In this document: positions 50,201-63,980 of the stretch, piece after piece
Layout: the number at the start of each line of letters is the position of its first letter
Numbering within the stretch: position 1 is the first letter of the stretch
DNA from: Amphiscolops sp. MND2022
Lineage: Eukaryota
Reading direction: 5' to 3'
Length of the DNA: 64,000 nt
NCBI GenBank assembly: GCA_964187785.1
Contig: OZ076412.1
Location: 27,032,001 to 27,096,000, forward strand
Translations under genes and position numbers: made by a program
Notes under the pieces: model-generated
What the model saw: only the letters and a program-made list of their open reading frames with translations
Databases searched by the model: none
Told to the model about the DNA's origin: nothing

Positions 50201-53200
50201 TTATCAAATATGCCTAACTCATACCGACGTGTGTTAGTGTTTTGAATCAGTACGGCTTTACTGGTGATCTTAGCTCAGAGTCTGTATTGAACAACGCTGT
50301 AAGAAAACTACCTCCAGAGCTGAAAACAAAATGGTTGTTCTATGCAAAAGGGCAAAAATACCAAACCGCAAACTTTAGTAAATTTAGTGAATGGTTGAAC
50401 GACATTGCATTCGTGCATGATGAACTGCTTGTTCAATTCAGGCAAAGCAGCGACAAGACCGACCGAACAAAAACAACAGGATCATCCATATCTGCGACCG
50501 CCAACGAAACTGGGTTGTCTACTTTTAATTCTAATCCAAAAGGTCCAATCAAATGTGTTGTCTGCAGCAATACCCATGGATTATGGGCTTGTGATGCCTT
50601 CAAGGAACTGACCCCTATCGACCGATACAAAAAGGTGAAGGAGAACAAATTGTGCTTCCTATGTTTCCGTGGGGGACATGCTGTGAAGGATTGCAAGATG
50701 AAAGAATGTGGAATCGACAGTTGCAAAAGACGTCACAACAGATTACTGCACCGACCGGAAGAGACCAAAAGCTCTAATACGACGTCAACGGAGATTGTTG
50801 AGACTCATGCAAGCGTAAGTTTGAACACTTTTGGCATTCTACCTGTGTACAAAGTGGAGCTCTCAAACAATGGGAACAGGGTGAAACTCCTGGCGTTCGT
50901 TGATAGTGGGTCTAGTCTGTCATGGATTGATAAAACGTCAGCAGATCAACTCAATCTGCAGGGAATCAAGCGCGGTCTAACTGTCAGCGGTATAAATGGT
51001 ACTGAATGCCACGACAGTGAGATTGTGAATGTCACCATTTATTCGAAGGATTACGGAAACGAAGATATCCAGATGGCTATTCATCAAAAACTGGTTATTG
51101 GTGAGAGTTTTAACGATATTCGAAATATGCAGAGTCAGTACCCTCAGCTGGCCAAAGTTCCTTCAAACAATTTCAATCTGAAAGATGTCAAAGTTATCCT
51201 TGGAACGGATTGCTTCTCATTGACTCGACCCTTAGAATATGAACGTGGACAGCCAGGTGAGCCCTGGGCAGTTCGATGTTCTTTGGGGTGGGCAGTCAGT
51301 GGACCATTGCCAAAAAAGATTGTGTCGTCACTGACATCATGTCATAGTTCGGTTTATCAATCTGCCGACTTCGACTTGAACGAGCAAATCAAGACATGGT
51401 GGGACAATGAAAGCTATGGTTCACGAGTAAAAGCGGATGGGCGATCCAGATCAGATGTTAAAGCACTCGAAACTTTGGAAAAGACAACGCGCTGTGAAAA
51501 TGACAGGTACACCGTGGGAATGTTGTAGAATTCTCCTCGTTCCAGTCTGCCAAAAAATTATCGAAGTGCTGTTAAGCAGTTCTTGTCACTCGAAAATCGA
51601 CTGGCCAAGAACCCAGAACTCAAAGATGCATATTCAGATACAATCAAGACGGATAAAGATTCGGGATATATTCGGATACTTGAACCTGCTGAGCTTCAAA
51701 ATACTAGAAATGATCCTCAGTGGTATTTACCCCATCACCCAGTAATTAACCCAAACAAACCTGGAAAAGTGAGGCGCGTCTGCAATGCAGCGAGCGAATT
51801 CGAGGGACAATCCTTGAACAAAAGTCTCTTCATTGGTCCAGATTTACTGCAAAATCTTGTGGGGATAATATTCCGGTTCCGGGAGAAGCCGTTTGGCATG
51901 AGCGCAGACATTGAAGCAATTTTTTTGCAGGTACAAGTCCCTCCAGAAGATGCTAAATGCTTTCGTTTCGTTTGGCGAAAAAATCAATCAGACGAAATAT
52001 CCACGTATGAATACACTCGGCATATATTTGGAGCCAAAGACTCGCCAACATGTGCAAATTATGCTCTACAACGTACAGCCATGGATAATGAGGAAGAATT
52101 CCCAGTCGCTTCTAGAATTGTGAAGCGAAATTTCTATATGGACGACTTCTTGTTTTCCGCCGAAAATATCCAGGAAGCTAAATCTTTGAAACAAAACCTG
52201 TTATCTCTTTTGCAGAAAGGCGGTTTCAAGCTTTCTAAATGGCAATCAAATGTGAAAGAATTGTGCGAGAAAAACAGTGACGTGGAGAGTGTTACGGCTT
52301 TGGGATTGGAATGGAACCTCATCTTGGATGATCTCAAACTATGCCGTGGTTTTGCAGGCAAAGATCATACCATAATCACTCACAGAGCAGTTCTGTCCGT
52401 GGCATCATCCATATTTGATCCATTGGGACTGGCTTCACCCTTCACAATCAGAATTCGTCTCATTTTACGACTTATTTGGCAGAAAGCTTTGAAATCTTGG
52501 TATGAAGAAATTCCGCAAGATGTTGCACAACAATATCTTGATTGGTTACAAGAAATTCCAGCCCTGAAGGAACTCTCAATAAACAGACATTATGGCTGGC
52601 ATCCTGGCAGTAATGTTCAATTACATGTGTTTGCCGATGCATCAGAAATGGGACTTTGTGTCGTTGCCTACTTGAGGTTTGAGGTTGATGACGAGGTCAA
52701 AGTTTCTTTCGTAATGGGGAAAACAAGAGTGGCTCCTATCAAAACTACTACAATTGCAAAACTGGAGCTTCAAGCAGCCCTTCATGCTTCACGGATAAAA
52801 ATATCCATCATAGAAGAACACGATTTCACCATAAATCAAGTTTTTATGTGGAGCGATTCATCAACTGTGATTCAATGGCTGAATGCATTTGAAAAGAAGC
52901 AGCAAATTTTTGTTGCGAATCGTATTGGTGAAATTCTCGAAAACACTAAACTGGGTAAATGGAATCATATCCCAGGCGCACAAAATCCAGCAGATCTTGG
53001 TACGCGAGGGATGAGAGCCAATGAAATCACGTCGGGTGTGTGGCTAAACGGGCCGGCGTGGCTGGTTGAGAACGAAGCTCACTAGCCAAAAGCTACTGCT
53101 TCGTGCACCAATGTTGAAGACACTTCAGAAACGTCTCAAGTGGTTACTCTATTGCCAAACAAGCCACTTGAGATACAATGGGAACGATTTAGTTCTTGGA

Positions 53201-55334
53201 CTAAATTAATTCACACAATTTGCTACATATTGCGCTGGAGACGACGCCATCAAAATAGAGGAGTGATTTCATTGGACGAATATCACTATGCAGAGCGAAT
53301 CACATTCAAATTGATTCAAAAGGAATCTTTTACGACTGAATATGATGCCCTAGTCAATGGAAAAGAGTTATCTTCCAAATCAAACATTGCACAACTTTGC
53401 CCATTTCTAGATGATCAAGGTATTATGAGAGCACGTGGGCGTTTATCAAAAGCTGATTTCGAATTCGATACTAAGCACCCAATCCTTCTATCATCCAAAC
53501 ATCCTGCAACGCGACTCATGATGCTGAAATGTCATTTGGACAGTTATCATTAAGGCGTGGAGAGTATGCGACATGAAATGCAACAGAAATTCTGGATATT
53601 GGGCCTGAGAAACGCCTTGCGGAACATCAAAAGTCGCTGCGTTCCATGTAGGAAATACAGTGCCGTTGTCCAAGCTCCAATCATGGCTGACCTACCCAGA
53701 GAAAGAGTGGAGAAAGTTGATTTTCCTTTTACTTATGTTGGAGTCGGTTATTTCGGGCCCATAGAGGTAAAATACATGAGAAAAACCTTGAAGAGATGGG
53801 TGTGTGTTTTTACCTGCTTGTCTACAAGGGCCATACACCTCGAAATGGTGTATTCGCTAGATACTGACTCCTGTCTGAGTGCTGTTTTACGATTCATTGC
53901 CACAAGAGGTCACCCATCGACAATTTGGAGCGATAATGGTACAAACTTCGTTGGTGCGAACAACGAGCTGAAGCAGTTTGCATCAATGTGGCAAAATAGC
54001 GACTTCCAAGAAAAACTTCAGCAAAAGAAGATCGTTTGGAAGTTCAACCCCGCTGCAGCGCCACATTTCGGAGGTTCGTGGGAGCGAATGGTGAAGACAT
54101 GCAAACAAGCCATTTACCACGTTCTGAATGGTCAGAGGCTTACTGACGAGCTTTCAGCTACGATTCTTTGTCTCACGGAGCAACTGCTAAATTCTCGGCC
54201 CCTTACACCTAACTCCAATGATCTTTCCGACATGGAAGCTTTGACACCTCATCATTTTCTATTGGGCCGGCCGAGTATTGCTATCCCATATTTACCAGAT
54301 GCGCAAAAGTACCAAAATCACAGAAAGATGTTCCGAGTTGCGCAGGCTCACATGGACAACATTTGGGCAAGATGGCTGAAAGAGAATCTCCCAGTGCATA
54401 ATATTCGCCAGAAATGGTACAAGGAACGTCCACAACTGAAAGAAAACGACCTGGTGTGGATAATCGATCATCGTGAAAAACGGGGTTTTTACCGCCTTGG
54501 TAGAGTCAAAAAATGTCATTTTGGGAATGATGGTAATATTCGATCTTGTGACATCCTCACCCAATCTGGGGTTGTTTCTCGACCTACAGTCAAGTTGTCC
54601 CGTGTATTGGACGCCACTGGGTGTGTTCCTCCCCAAGAGAAACACAGGGCCGGCGATGAAAAGGCCTGAAAGTTGACAACCGAAAATAACCCAAAATTGG
54701 GTACATTCGACGAGCCATAATTCAACATCGAATAAGAAATTGACGCCCGGATTAGTGACAACCCTAATATTTTGACCCAAACTACCGATCTAGGACAAAA
54801 AACTGGAACTTATTTCGATTTTTTATTTTTTTATTTTTTTCTGGGGGGTTTTGGACTTTTCGATCAATATATCACTTTTACGGCAAATATCGCCCTCCAT
54901 TTCCTGTTTAACCCACTTTAGCCCTCATATTTGTTTGTGATCGTGTTGTGCGAACATATTTGAGTATTTGTAGCCAATATTAGCCTACTTAGATAGGCAG
55001 AAAGTGCCCAAAATAGTGTATTTACTGATCACGAAAGTGTAGTTACTTGTTGTGAATCAGCGGATATACTCTCATAACTTCATATTTACGCATAAATATT
55101 TGCTTCTATATTGTTTACACTATTAGTCGATGTACCTGAGATGTTGTATAACCATATTAGAACGGAAAATTGACTTCTTGAAAGCAAGTTGTGGCTGTTT
55201 TAGAAGTTGAAATATTCAGTTATCATCACGGATTCGTAAAGTTTTCGGGAACTTTACAATTTTTTGCGAGTTAAATTTATCCCAGGGACAGGCCGACGGT
55301 TCGAACGCATTAGCTACTAGAATCAGCCTTTACA
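47247..55334 (+). mobile_element. BEL/Pao LTR retrotransposon (8,088 bp), coding region decayed
   Basis: TSD AAAGC (47242-46 and 55335-39). 678-bp LTRs 47247-47924 and 54657-55334 differ at about 6 positions. PBS TGGTGCCGCGACCCGGGA (tRNA-His-like) at 47928. DUF1759-like gag, three Cys/His knuckles, DSGS protease, YMDD RT, Pao RNase H (HVFADAS) and integrase (IWSDNGTNFVGA, FGGSWERMV). Confidence 0.95.
48163..54669 (+). pseudogene. BEL/Pao gag-pol broken by 5 in-frame stops and about 3 frameshifts
   Basis: Stops at 49547, 50215, 51526, 53083 and 53551. Frame changes near 48220, 48545 and 49670. Confidence 0.9.
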
Positions 55335-57099
55335 AAAGCAGTGAATTAGTGTGAAACACTTTAGGTAACTTCAATCGAAAAGGAATTGCGTTCAATTGGC
55401 GTTGTTTAATCACATGGCAGGACCGAGAGTGCTACCACTTGTGCTGTAGTCTCCATCCATATAAAATTAGCGATGATTCGTTATTTTATTACAGGCTTAA
55501 GGTATGTACACATGGTCATGTTGTTGTAATGTATTCCCAAACCGATACAAATACTGTTCGTCTGATCTGATACTTGTTTGTGTTCCATACCTTCAATCAA
55601 TTTAGTCTATTTGTGATATATTTATATTTTTCTGATGCCCTCAGCCAGTTAAAAAAATGCTAACAAAAAGCGCTCTAGACAAACGGACGTTATGTGTGAT
55701 CTTGAAAATATGGCTATATTTTAGAGAAAAGTTTCAGAAAGTGGGTTTTGAAATCACCCTGATAATATAGAAGAAAAACTCGGTTGACAGGGAAGGAACA
55801 GTGGGTCGACACGATGTCAGTTCGACTACATGTAACGGCTGCTTGATCCATTCACTTGTCCAAACTTTACGCCGCCCCAAAATACGGTGCTCGGTACTGC
55901 AGATCGTTACCGAACACTGCTTGTTCCGTAGAAAAAAAGTATCTTGATTTGGTGGGATCCAAGGATCCCGAATTGCATTTTTTCCTTGTCTCTTAACATG
56001 TCCAACTCTCTACAAGCTGAAAGTAACTAACTTAGTCGCCCTAAATTGTTTAAATTGTTGGCGAAAAGACGAAAAGAGGTAAAGAAGTGAATTGAGAATT
56101 GAAAAGGTCCTCAGACCCAACTTGGCTATAGCTATTCAGTTGTTAAAATCTCTATCTAGTAATTGTATAAAAATGGTTAACAATTCCTCAGAAAATAGAA
56201 GTCAAACATGAAGTATAAACATATGACATTCAAGTGAAATAATAAAGTTATTGGTTATGTAAACAAACCATACAGTGAATGGTCGTGAATGTTGAGTAGG
56301 TGGGGTCGAAAGTATGTTAACACATTGAAACGATCATAGATTTCAACAGAGTTTCTTTTCTTTCAAGGTCAATTGAGAAAATCACATAATAACTTGTATA
56401 GCAAAATTGGGTTTTCATGGGGTCTGACCTAGATAATTTTTGGTGTTAATTGCTTGGAACCCAGGGGAGTTACGGGGTTAGGTGCTCCGAGTCAAAAATA
56501 AGGATAGCATCACCAGTATATGTGCCAAGTTTCGAAATGATCGATAGAGTGATTCACACGGACAGGGGTGGTGTTTTTCTCCCAAGCTCATTTCTGCTGA
56601 AACTTCTAATTTTCTAACAGAAATCTTGACAATGTTTCTTAGTGTTTTGAGATATATGTTTCATCTGCCACGTTCGAATTTCATTTTCGCGTCTTGCAAT
56701 TGACTGGCGCCAAAACTACAAGAAAACACTAATACTTTGGGAGAAGGTTTCAAGTTCCCGTTTAAACAGTAACCAAGTAGAGTGATCAATACGAAAGTAA
56801 ATTCTCAGAGGACAAATAAACTATCAAAAATTAAATTTGACCTCAATTCTCAAATATTAGTTGCGATAAACACTGCAATAACGAAGCGAAGGATTCCAGA
56901 ACTAAAAGATAGTTTTGGTGCACTAGAAAACGGGTTGAATGCAAGACTCATCCTTAATTCTGTTGGCTTACATATGAGCTCCGAATGTACTTTGACTATT
57001 GAAATCACTTCTAAACAATCCAAAAGGAATATGGACAATGTTAATTTTACTCACTAATTTAGAGTGAGCTCTATAGAGTCACAAACTAGTGAAAAAGAT

Positions 57100-59480
57100 T
57101 GTGAAATGACGACAGGATCGAGATGTCTTGATTCCAGTTAGAGAGGAGCACTGACGAAGCGTTGGTAATTACGGGACATACAGGTATCAACCCTTGACGC
57201 TATGAAACAACAAAAGGACCGACTCTTTAAACTTGAAATCTCCAAGGATAACAAGGATAAGTGTGATGTAACTCCAAGGATATCGTCTGAGCGACGAGAC
57301 GTGGGAATAGGTATTGAAGTAGTATGCAAACGAGGGTATTTACTTTAGCGAGGTGTGGCGTCAACAAGGTCCACTCGAGTTCCAATCTGCCCCCAGTGGA
57401 ATTTCAAGGTATTGAAGCACGGAGAAGTCTATGCGTCTCAAGACGCTATATCTTTGCTTATGTATCTGCTCTGCAACTGATACTTTTTCGAATCTAGAGG
57501 AGCTCTGGATGGAGACCATGCTTGAGTAAGGAACGTTTGTAGAGAAGCTGTGTGAGTGGAGGCGAAAATCCGGTACTACTAACTAATTGAGGTTTGCCAG
57601 AGATTGCAGAGGTAGGACAGGAGACACAATTCAGCTGTGGTCTCTCCAACTGTCCGCCCAGTATGTCGGATGAAAACGCGACAAAGTCGATTGTCACGCC
57701 ACATTCTGACATGAAGGAGCAAGAATCCGCATTGAATTTCGAACTTAACCGGTGAAAACCCACTCGTCGCTATGTCCTCTATAAGCTGCATGAACATTTG
57801 GTGAAAAAAGACCAAAACAGGAAACCCCCAACTAATTACAATCACTTAGAAGTTCTTAGTACTATCAAGATATTTGTATTTAGTCAAAAGGACCGTACTC
57901 ACTATAAAATCTACTTACGGAGAGATGTTCTTTGCCCCAATTGATATCTCGAAACTGGACTTGGTGGCAGGCCAAAGTCTGTAGAGAGTGAATGCTGCCG
58001 AAAGATAGTAGAGAATGCCTCAAGACTGATCATTGGACTCTGACTCGGTTTTCCGAGGATGAAGTCATGTGGTCATGACCGGCCATGAACTCGTCAAAAA
58101 ACGGCAGCTTCTGTCCGATATAACCGAGTTCGTCAACTTGGACTTTTGGGAGTTCTCACTCGAGTTGGCAAGGCGTCAGACGGTTTACGTCTCAGAGGTG
58201 TACATGATGGGTAATAGTCTTGGTGACTGGATCTTCAACCCTGAGATGGTTGTTTCTCCATCGTTGGTCCCTATGGAGGTGTCGTTCGGTAGCATGGTGC
58301 CAAAGAACTTGCTTCACTCCTCGACTTATTAGAGACCTTATGTACGTTACTTCAACAAATCAGAAAATAAAACTTGTAAGAGTTCCTTTTTGGTTTACAG
58401 AGACGAAGGTACGGGTCCACGTCATCCCCTCGAAAAACTCCTCTCTTAATATTCTACAGGAACGACTAGCTCCATTGCTGTTCGGTGTTGTCGTCGTTTT
58501 GCTTGGACGTATTTTGATGGTCTTCTCTTAGTCAGTCAAGGCCTCTTGCTCCAATGAGGCAAGCTTTTGGGCCGTGGGACTGTTACAAGTTTCCTGTGTC
58601 ACTTGATCCACAAGGTTAGTGAGACGAGAACTGGCTACTGTTAGAGAAGGCAAGTGAACAGATGAAGGGAATCTGCGCGTGTAATCAAACGAAAAACCGG
58701 TACTGGCGAAATCATCGTCGCTTCGTATTCCTTCTCTATCACCGCTTTGACAGGCCTCACTTTTGCCATGAGAACCAGCTTCAGATTCAGACCAAATCGA
58801 AGGATTTTTAATTGGGGAGATCAAGGCTGCTAACGTAGAGGGTTGTAGTCCAATGTACTCGATGTCAGAGTTGTTTAAAAACTCGGCTGCACTGCTATGT
58901 CTTGCGTTGCCGAGCTATGGTGGCTGAGACCAAATGTTCTCGTCTTCAGACAAGTCAACAGAGGACGCATGTTGGGTGAACGGACAATCCCGAGAGTACA
59001 ATCCTGAGGTTTTCAACTGTGGCTTTTCCCTTTTTCCGCTTCGGACCACCGGGAATATTGCTGCCAGGGTTATTAAAAATATGTGGAGAGTCAAGATATG
59101 TCACAGTGTGTCCAGGTTCCGTTGGAGTTTCCAAGTATGATTCCAAGTTAGGTAAAGGAGCAATCTCGAGTGGCTGACCGATGCTCTCCTTGTCTAAGGC
59201 ATTGTTGACCTCAGGTTCAGAACACGTCTCATGCTCAGTCTCCAACAATTCCATCTTCCTAGCTATATGAGCTCCACAGCTTTCACCAGAGCCGCTACTA
59301 CTTGGAATTAGGGACAATAGATTTGGGGTTAAGTTGCTAGTTTGACCCTGGTAATCGGCAGTGACGGTAGCTTGTCCTGTGGGAATTACTTACTCTGAGC
59401 TCAGTAGCCTGAGCGGTGGTAGTGTCAATTGTGAAAGTTTCCATTGCTTCTGCTGCGCGAAATTGCCAATTTCTTCTTTT
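57100..59480 (-). pseudogene. Decayed ORF of an unidentified repeat or transposon
   Basis: Protein-like fragments across frames (CRILREEFFEGMTWTRTF; VLWHHATERHLHRDQRW; FMSECGVTIDF; LKHGLHPELL) with many stops. Confidence 0.4.
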
Positions 59481-60894
59481 CCTAAAAACGAAATGCGGTT
59501 CAGTTCCTGTATAGAAATTCATCTAGCTGCTAGTATCTGATATCCTTTAAGCGCCTTAAGCCTCAATTACTTTATTGTATTCTCTTTCTTAAGTGACGGA
59601 GCCTGCCAACGAAATGCGCAAATTCACATCATTCCATTTCTTCGAGTAGCCCTGAAAACTTTTACTTGGAGCTGGGTGCAGCCCACACTATAATTATTCA
59701 TTTAGTTAGCCTTATTTATTGATCATTTTGCTCATTTCTTTTTCCATTTATCAACGTGAGCTGATGAGCTAACTCAATTACTGTAATCAGGAGCAACAAG
59801 AGTCTTTTACAATTGTTGTTGATAGGGAGATAGTGATGGTAAACACTTCTGCTGCCAATAAACCTTTTTGGGATGCTAGTGCATCGACCTCAAGTGGCAA
59901 TTGAAAATCATTTCACAAGATGTGGTAAACATTCATTGAACGATAAAAACTGGGAAAAAGACAAAGATTGAAATTTAGAAGACTGTATGGGGGGATCATG
60001 AGGCGATCAGGCAGATTCCCCGCTTCGCTTTCCTGCGGATTGAATGAATGTGGATCTTAGTTTTACCGGGCGACGTCGAATCATTTTATCAATTTCATAA
60101 TTAAACGTCAGTCACAAGCATCAAGATTGCGATAAAGATATCTAACCAGCAGTACAAAGAAGAAATTTTTGATCCATCCACAATCGACAAATTGTCCCGT
60201 TCCTCAGTACGCTCTTCCTGATGAAGTTATGGAAGTGGGTTCAGTGGCTTCTATCAACGATCTGGACGACCAGAGTAGACACAAAAGCCACAATTATGTC
60301 ATCGCCTGCTATCGTGAAGCACCGGTTTTTCCTTGCCAGCTAGTAGTCGGTCGGGCGATGATATCAGAGATAGCGCAATGCTTAAATGACCTGAGCCTTC
60401 CAGCTGAAGAATTCGCGCAGTCAATTGGATCATATTCAGAACCATCTAGCGGACTGACTGACTGGTTGGTGGGGTATCGTCCTATAAATTCTTACGAAGC
60501 AAATGACTCAAATAACCTAATTACCCACTATAGTCAATTGGAACCAGTGCTCGAATCGTTTATGTTGCGCCCTTCGACTAATTGACTGATTAAGTCCCTT
60601 CAATCGATTTCTTAGAGGACTGATGGTCAGGGAAAGATGAGAATCAATGGTTCGGAAAACCACATTATACGGGACTGGAAATCAGTGCTAGTTGGCTGTG
60701 CGAACAACTCAATGATGATTACCATGTCGATTGTGCGGTATGCGGGAAGCCTTTCCCCGCTATCAAATAGTAAATCACGCTATGATGTTTCGGGTGCACC
60801 CATTTAAGGTGAGAAATCTAGAGAGAAAGAAAGGGGAGATGCAACGCTGTTCAAGCTTTAACCAAAGCTGGAATTTTCATTCATGTGCCCACGG

Positions 60895-61240
60895 GGTTGT
60901 CACAAGCTGCCTCTTGCCATGGTAGCTTTTACCAATCTACCTCAGCTTGAGACTGCTCTGCACCCCCAGGCGTTCTGCCTATTTACGAAACTTGGACATC
61001 ACGTCCACCGGACAACCACACAAACTAGTAAGGAACCATTTTTTCATAGTCATGAAAACTTTATAATTGTACATCTCTATTGCCTTAAGATTATGATAAA
61101 GATTTTGGTATTTACATCCATATGAACAGTACTATACGTTGCAAATTGAATCAATGTCGCAGTAAATGCAGTAATTTTGTGTGAATCAATTTAGATAGCT
61201 TTAATCGAAAAGGAAACGCTTTCAACTGGTACGATGCTGT
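60895..61240 (+). repeat. Uninterrupted paralog of the repeat hit by the BEL/Pao element
   Basis: Reads through the site equivalent to the TSD (gcagtaaatgc|agtaatt versus gcaataaaagc|agtgaatt). Confidence 0.75.
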
Positions 61241-62489
61241 AGTCCGTTTGACGCGTTGTCAGCAATTTCCGTCAACCAATAACATTTCAGCCTTCCCCAC
61301 CGAATTTGGGTGGGTTTGTAAATCATCTTGATAAGAAGGAAGAAGTTGATTTTCTTGAGAGCGAAAACCGTGTGTTTTTTTCTTTTTGGTACCCTGTAGA
61401 AGTGTATTTTTGGCGCTGTTTGGTTTTCAATTTTTTTCTAGGAAACAGTGGGAAACTGAAACGTGTCGTCTATTCATTTTTTTTAACATGCAAAGCCAGT
61501 GAATAGTCTGGTTGGTTAATTTTTTTGGCAAAAAATACTTGTTGATATGCGGATGTTAAATTCGAAACATTTTTTGGTTTCTAAGGTATTCAGAAAAAAA
61601 ATCACTTTTTTCAACTAAAACATTTTCAATATTCAAAGCTATTTCGGTTTCTACCAATGTCGCCGGATTGTTAATAGCTTTTTCAGACGTCTACGCCATT
61701 CTAAACTGAACATTCGTATTTGTTATTTATGTTCCCTTTGGGTGTCAAACAGAAACTTGAACAGAATTTTCGAGACAGACACGAATGTACATATTGGGTG
61801 TAAAAAGAAGTTGGCCGTTGGTCTGGCGGTTACCACGTTTGTTTCCGATCAGAAGGACGGGGTTCGCATATGACAATGTACATTTAAAAAAAATCGTTCG
61901 AATGAGAAAGCGCAATGTTTCCTTTTAGATTTTTCATATCTCAAAGACATAAAAAGTGTTTTTACAAGCCCAAAGGGCCTTGGATAATTTTTCCCCTCTG
62001 TGAATTCATGAGATTTTGCTCAATTATTTTACCTGAGAATGCTGAAGAAACTTTGCTCTTTGTTAGCTTTATCCTGATTTGGCTTTAGCGCCGATTTGAG
62101 CCGTTTCCCAATTGTTCCTCGTCAAACGCCATTCACATGCTTTGCAACATTAGCGGAAAAAAGATAGGTTCGTTTGTTGCAAGTCAGAAAGTATAATAGC
62201 AAACTTTCAGTGTGCAGTTTTATTGGTTTTTCTGTAAGTTTCAACAAAATTTTTCCGACAATCGATGATTACTACTCTACCTCCAGCTCAACCATTTTTA
62301 AAAATTTTTTTAGCCTTTCGTGGTTTTCCAAATAACAATATTCAATAAAAGTTGAGCAACGTCTAAAGTGAAAAAAAAGTTGGTTCATTGTTTTTCGAAT
62401 TTATAAAATATGAACTTGAAGAATAAGCAAGTGAATAAAAACGCAGCAATATATACAGTACAGTCTTATGAATAGATCAATATAAACAA

Positions 62490-63980
62490 TCAAGTGGCAC
62501 AAAGATGGGAAAAAGCACCTGAAACGAGTTTCTGGACGACTATGGGGGGAATATAATGACTCAGAGTGTCGGCGGACTGGGAAGATTTTGGCAACGTCTC
62601 TCTAAGGTGTTTGTGACCCGCGTTTTCAGCTACTTTTTGCATGTTTGTGTTGCCAACTTTAGAAGGAATCGTCACTTCTATAACGACGCCCCCTGGTGGC
62701 ATAAACGTGCTCATCACGTGACCTGCACCATGTATGGCAAAAAATATGTCGGTCTTGCTCATGAGCTCAATTTGCTGTTTTCCTGACAAAGTGTCTAGCT
62801 GAACCTCCGTGATATTTATTCTGTCTTGAAATTGTCCCATGGTTGATAAAACTTCCTTCTCGTTGGAAACTTTGCGTGAAATTTTCCCAGCTGGGTTTCC
62901 CAAATGATTCACATAATCGCGTCTCCAAACTGCAGTTAACCTTAAGGAAGAGCAGTTTCTCGGAATTGGATTTATTCCTAACTTTTCATAGGCCTCTTGA
63001 CGGAAGGTAGAGAACATTGTACGTATAGCAACAGATCGGGTTTTGAGGAAAAGACTGTGACGTCTGTGGAAACGAGCGACAAAGTTGGAAGCAAAAACAT
63101 TTTTTGGTGGTCTTGTTTGGTTGAAGTCTGTCAGCTGATGAACTTGGTCTTTTCCAAAAAACACGTGCCAAAAACTGTCTGTTGGGCTTGCAGGATGTCC
63201 GTCCAACCAAATAATGTGAGTGACGTCATCAGATGATGCTACATCCATACTTTTGATGATATGAAATACGTCGAATATGTCAATGACTGCCCAGAACGGA
63301 TTTGCGTACTCGCTCCGAATGATGCCAACCAGCCAATCAAAAACAAGGAAAGGAGGCGCTGTAGGTGACGTGGTTTGATATGAGAAGCTAACTTCAGAAA
63401 GATATTGGATCTGAAGATCGGCAGTGCACCCTATCTCGACCTTTGACAGTTTCACTGGGGGATCATCGCTCTTTTTACAAACCTGAGACAAAAAAGGGAG
63501 CTTGAAGTAGAATATTTCGCCTCTGTCTTCGGTAGATTTGGAAACCTCGTTGGTTGAAATTAAAGCATTTCGCAGAATTGTAAACTTAGTTTCAGTAGAA
63601 ACCAACTTGCCTGAAAATGAACAGATATCACCTTTCAAGTCTGCAAAATTGGGCATAACGTTTTGCCTATTTTGCCCCGTAGTTTGAGAATGCTGGTTCT
63701 TAGATTCAATTTTTTCACTGTCAAGTTTAGGACTTTCGGTTTCTGGTTGCCTTTCTTGGCCCCTAGGTTGGATATGTTGGTGTTTCTGATAAAAAGTAGG
63801 TAAAGATGAGTCTTGAGCTGCTTCTTTAGCCAGAAGAAAATCAGATAAATCGGGTTCCGTTGCACGATGTCTGCTGAGAGATAGAGCAAGCAGGAAGAAG
63901 AGGTATATAAACACTAGTAAATAAATCCATGATCTAATTTTAACAATCGGGCTCTTCATCTGATGGCAAATTGACACCAT
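62490..63980 (-). CDS. Glycosyltransferase family 61 (EOGT/POMGNT2-like), single exon, 496 aa
   Basis: Type II anchor (WIYLLVFIYLFFLLALSL) and stem, then RRDY..H.....ISRKVSNEKEV, QIELMSKTDIFFAIHGAG and FMPPGGVVIE, which are typical of the GT61 C-terminal half. Confidence 0.82.
   Translation of the reverse strand: MVSICHQMKSPIVKIRSWIYLLVFIYLFFLLALSLSRHRATEPDLSDFLLAKEAAQDSSLPTFYQKHQHIQPRGQERQPETESPKLDSEKIESKNQHSQTTGQNRQNVMPNFADLKGDICSFSGKLVSTETKFTILRNALISTNEVSKSTEDRGEIFYFKLPFLSQVCKKSDDPPVKLSKVEIGCTADLQIQYLSEVSFSYQTTSPTAPPFLVFDWLVGIIRSEYANPFWAVIDIFDVFHIIKSMDVASSDDVTHIIWLDGHPASPTDSFWHVFFGKDQVHQLTDFNQTRPPKNVFASNFVARFHRRHSLFLKTRSVAIRTMFSTFRQEAYEKLGINPIPRNCSSLRLTAVWRRDYVNHLGNPAGKISRKVSNEKEVLSTMGQFQDRINITEVQLDTLSGKQQIELMSKTDIFFAIHGAGHVMSTFMPPGGVVIEVTIPSKVGNTNMQKVAENAGHKHLRETLPKSSQSADTLSHYIPPIVVQKLVSGAFSHLCAT

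Noticed and set aside
56782-57057. 91-aa ORF, and the 138-aa ORF at 60169-60585
   Set aside because: Non-ATG starts, no motifs, lying among decayed repeats.
57250-57420. DIRS-like VDL.AT...SK.PR motif on the - strand
   Set aside because: Too degenerate, with no RT or tyrosine-recombinase motifs nearby.
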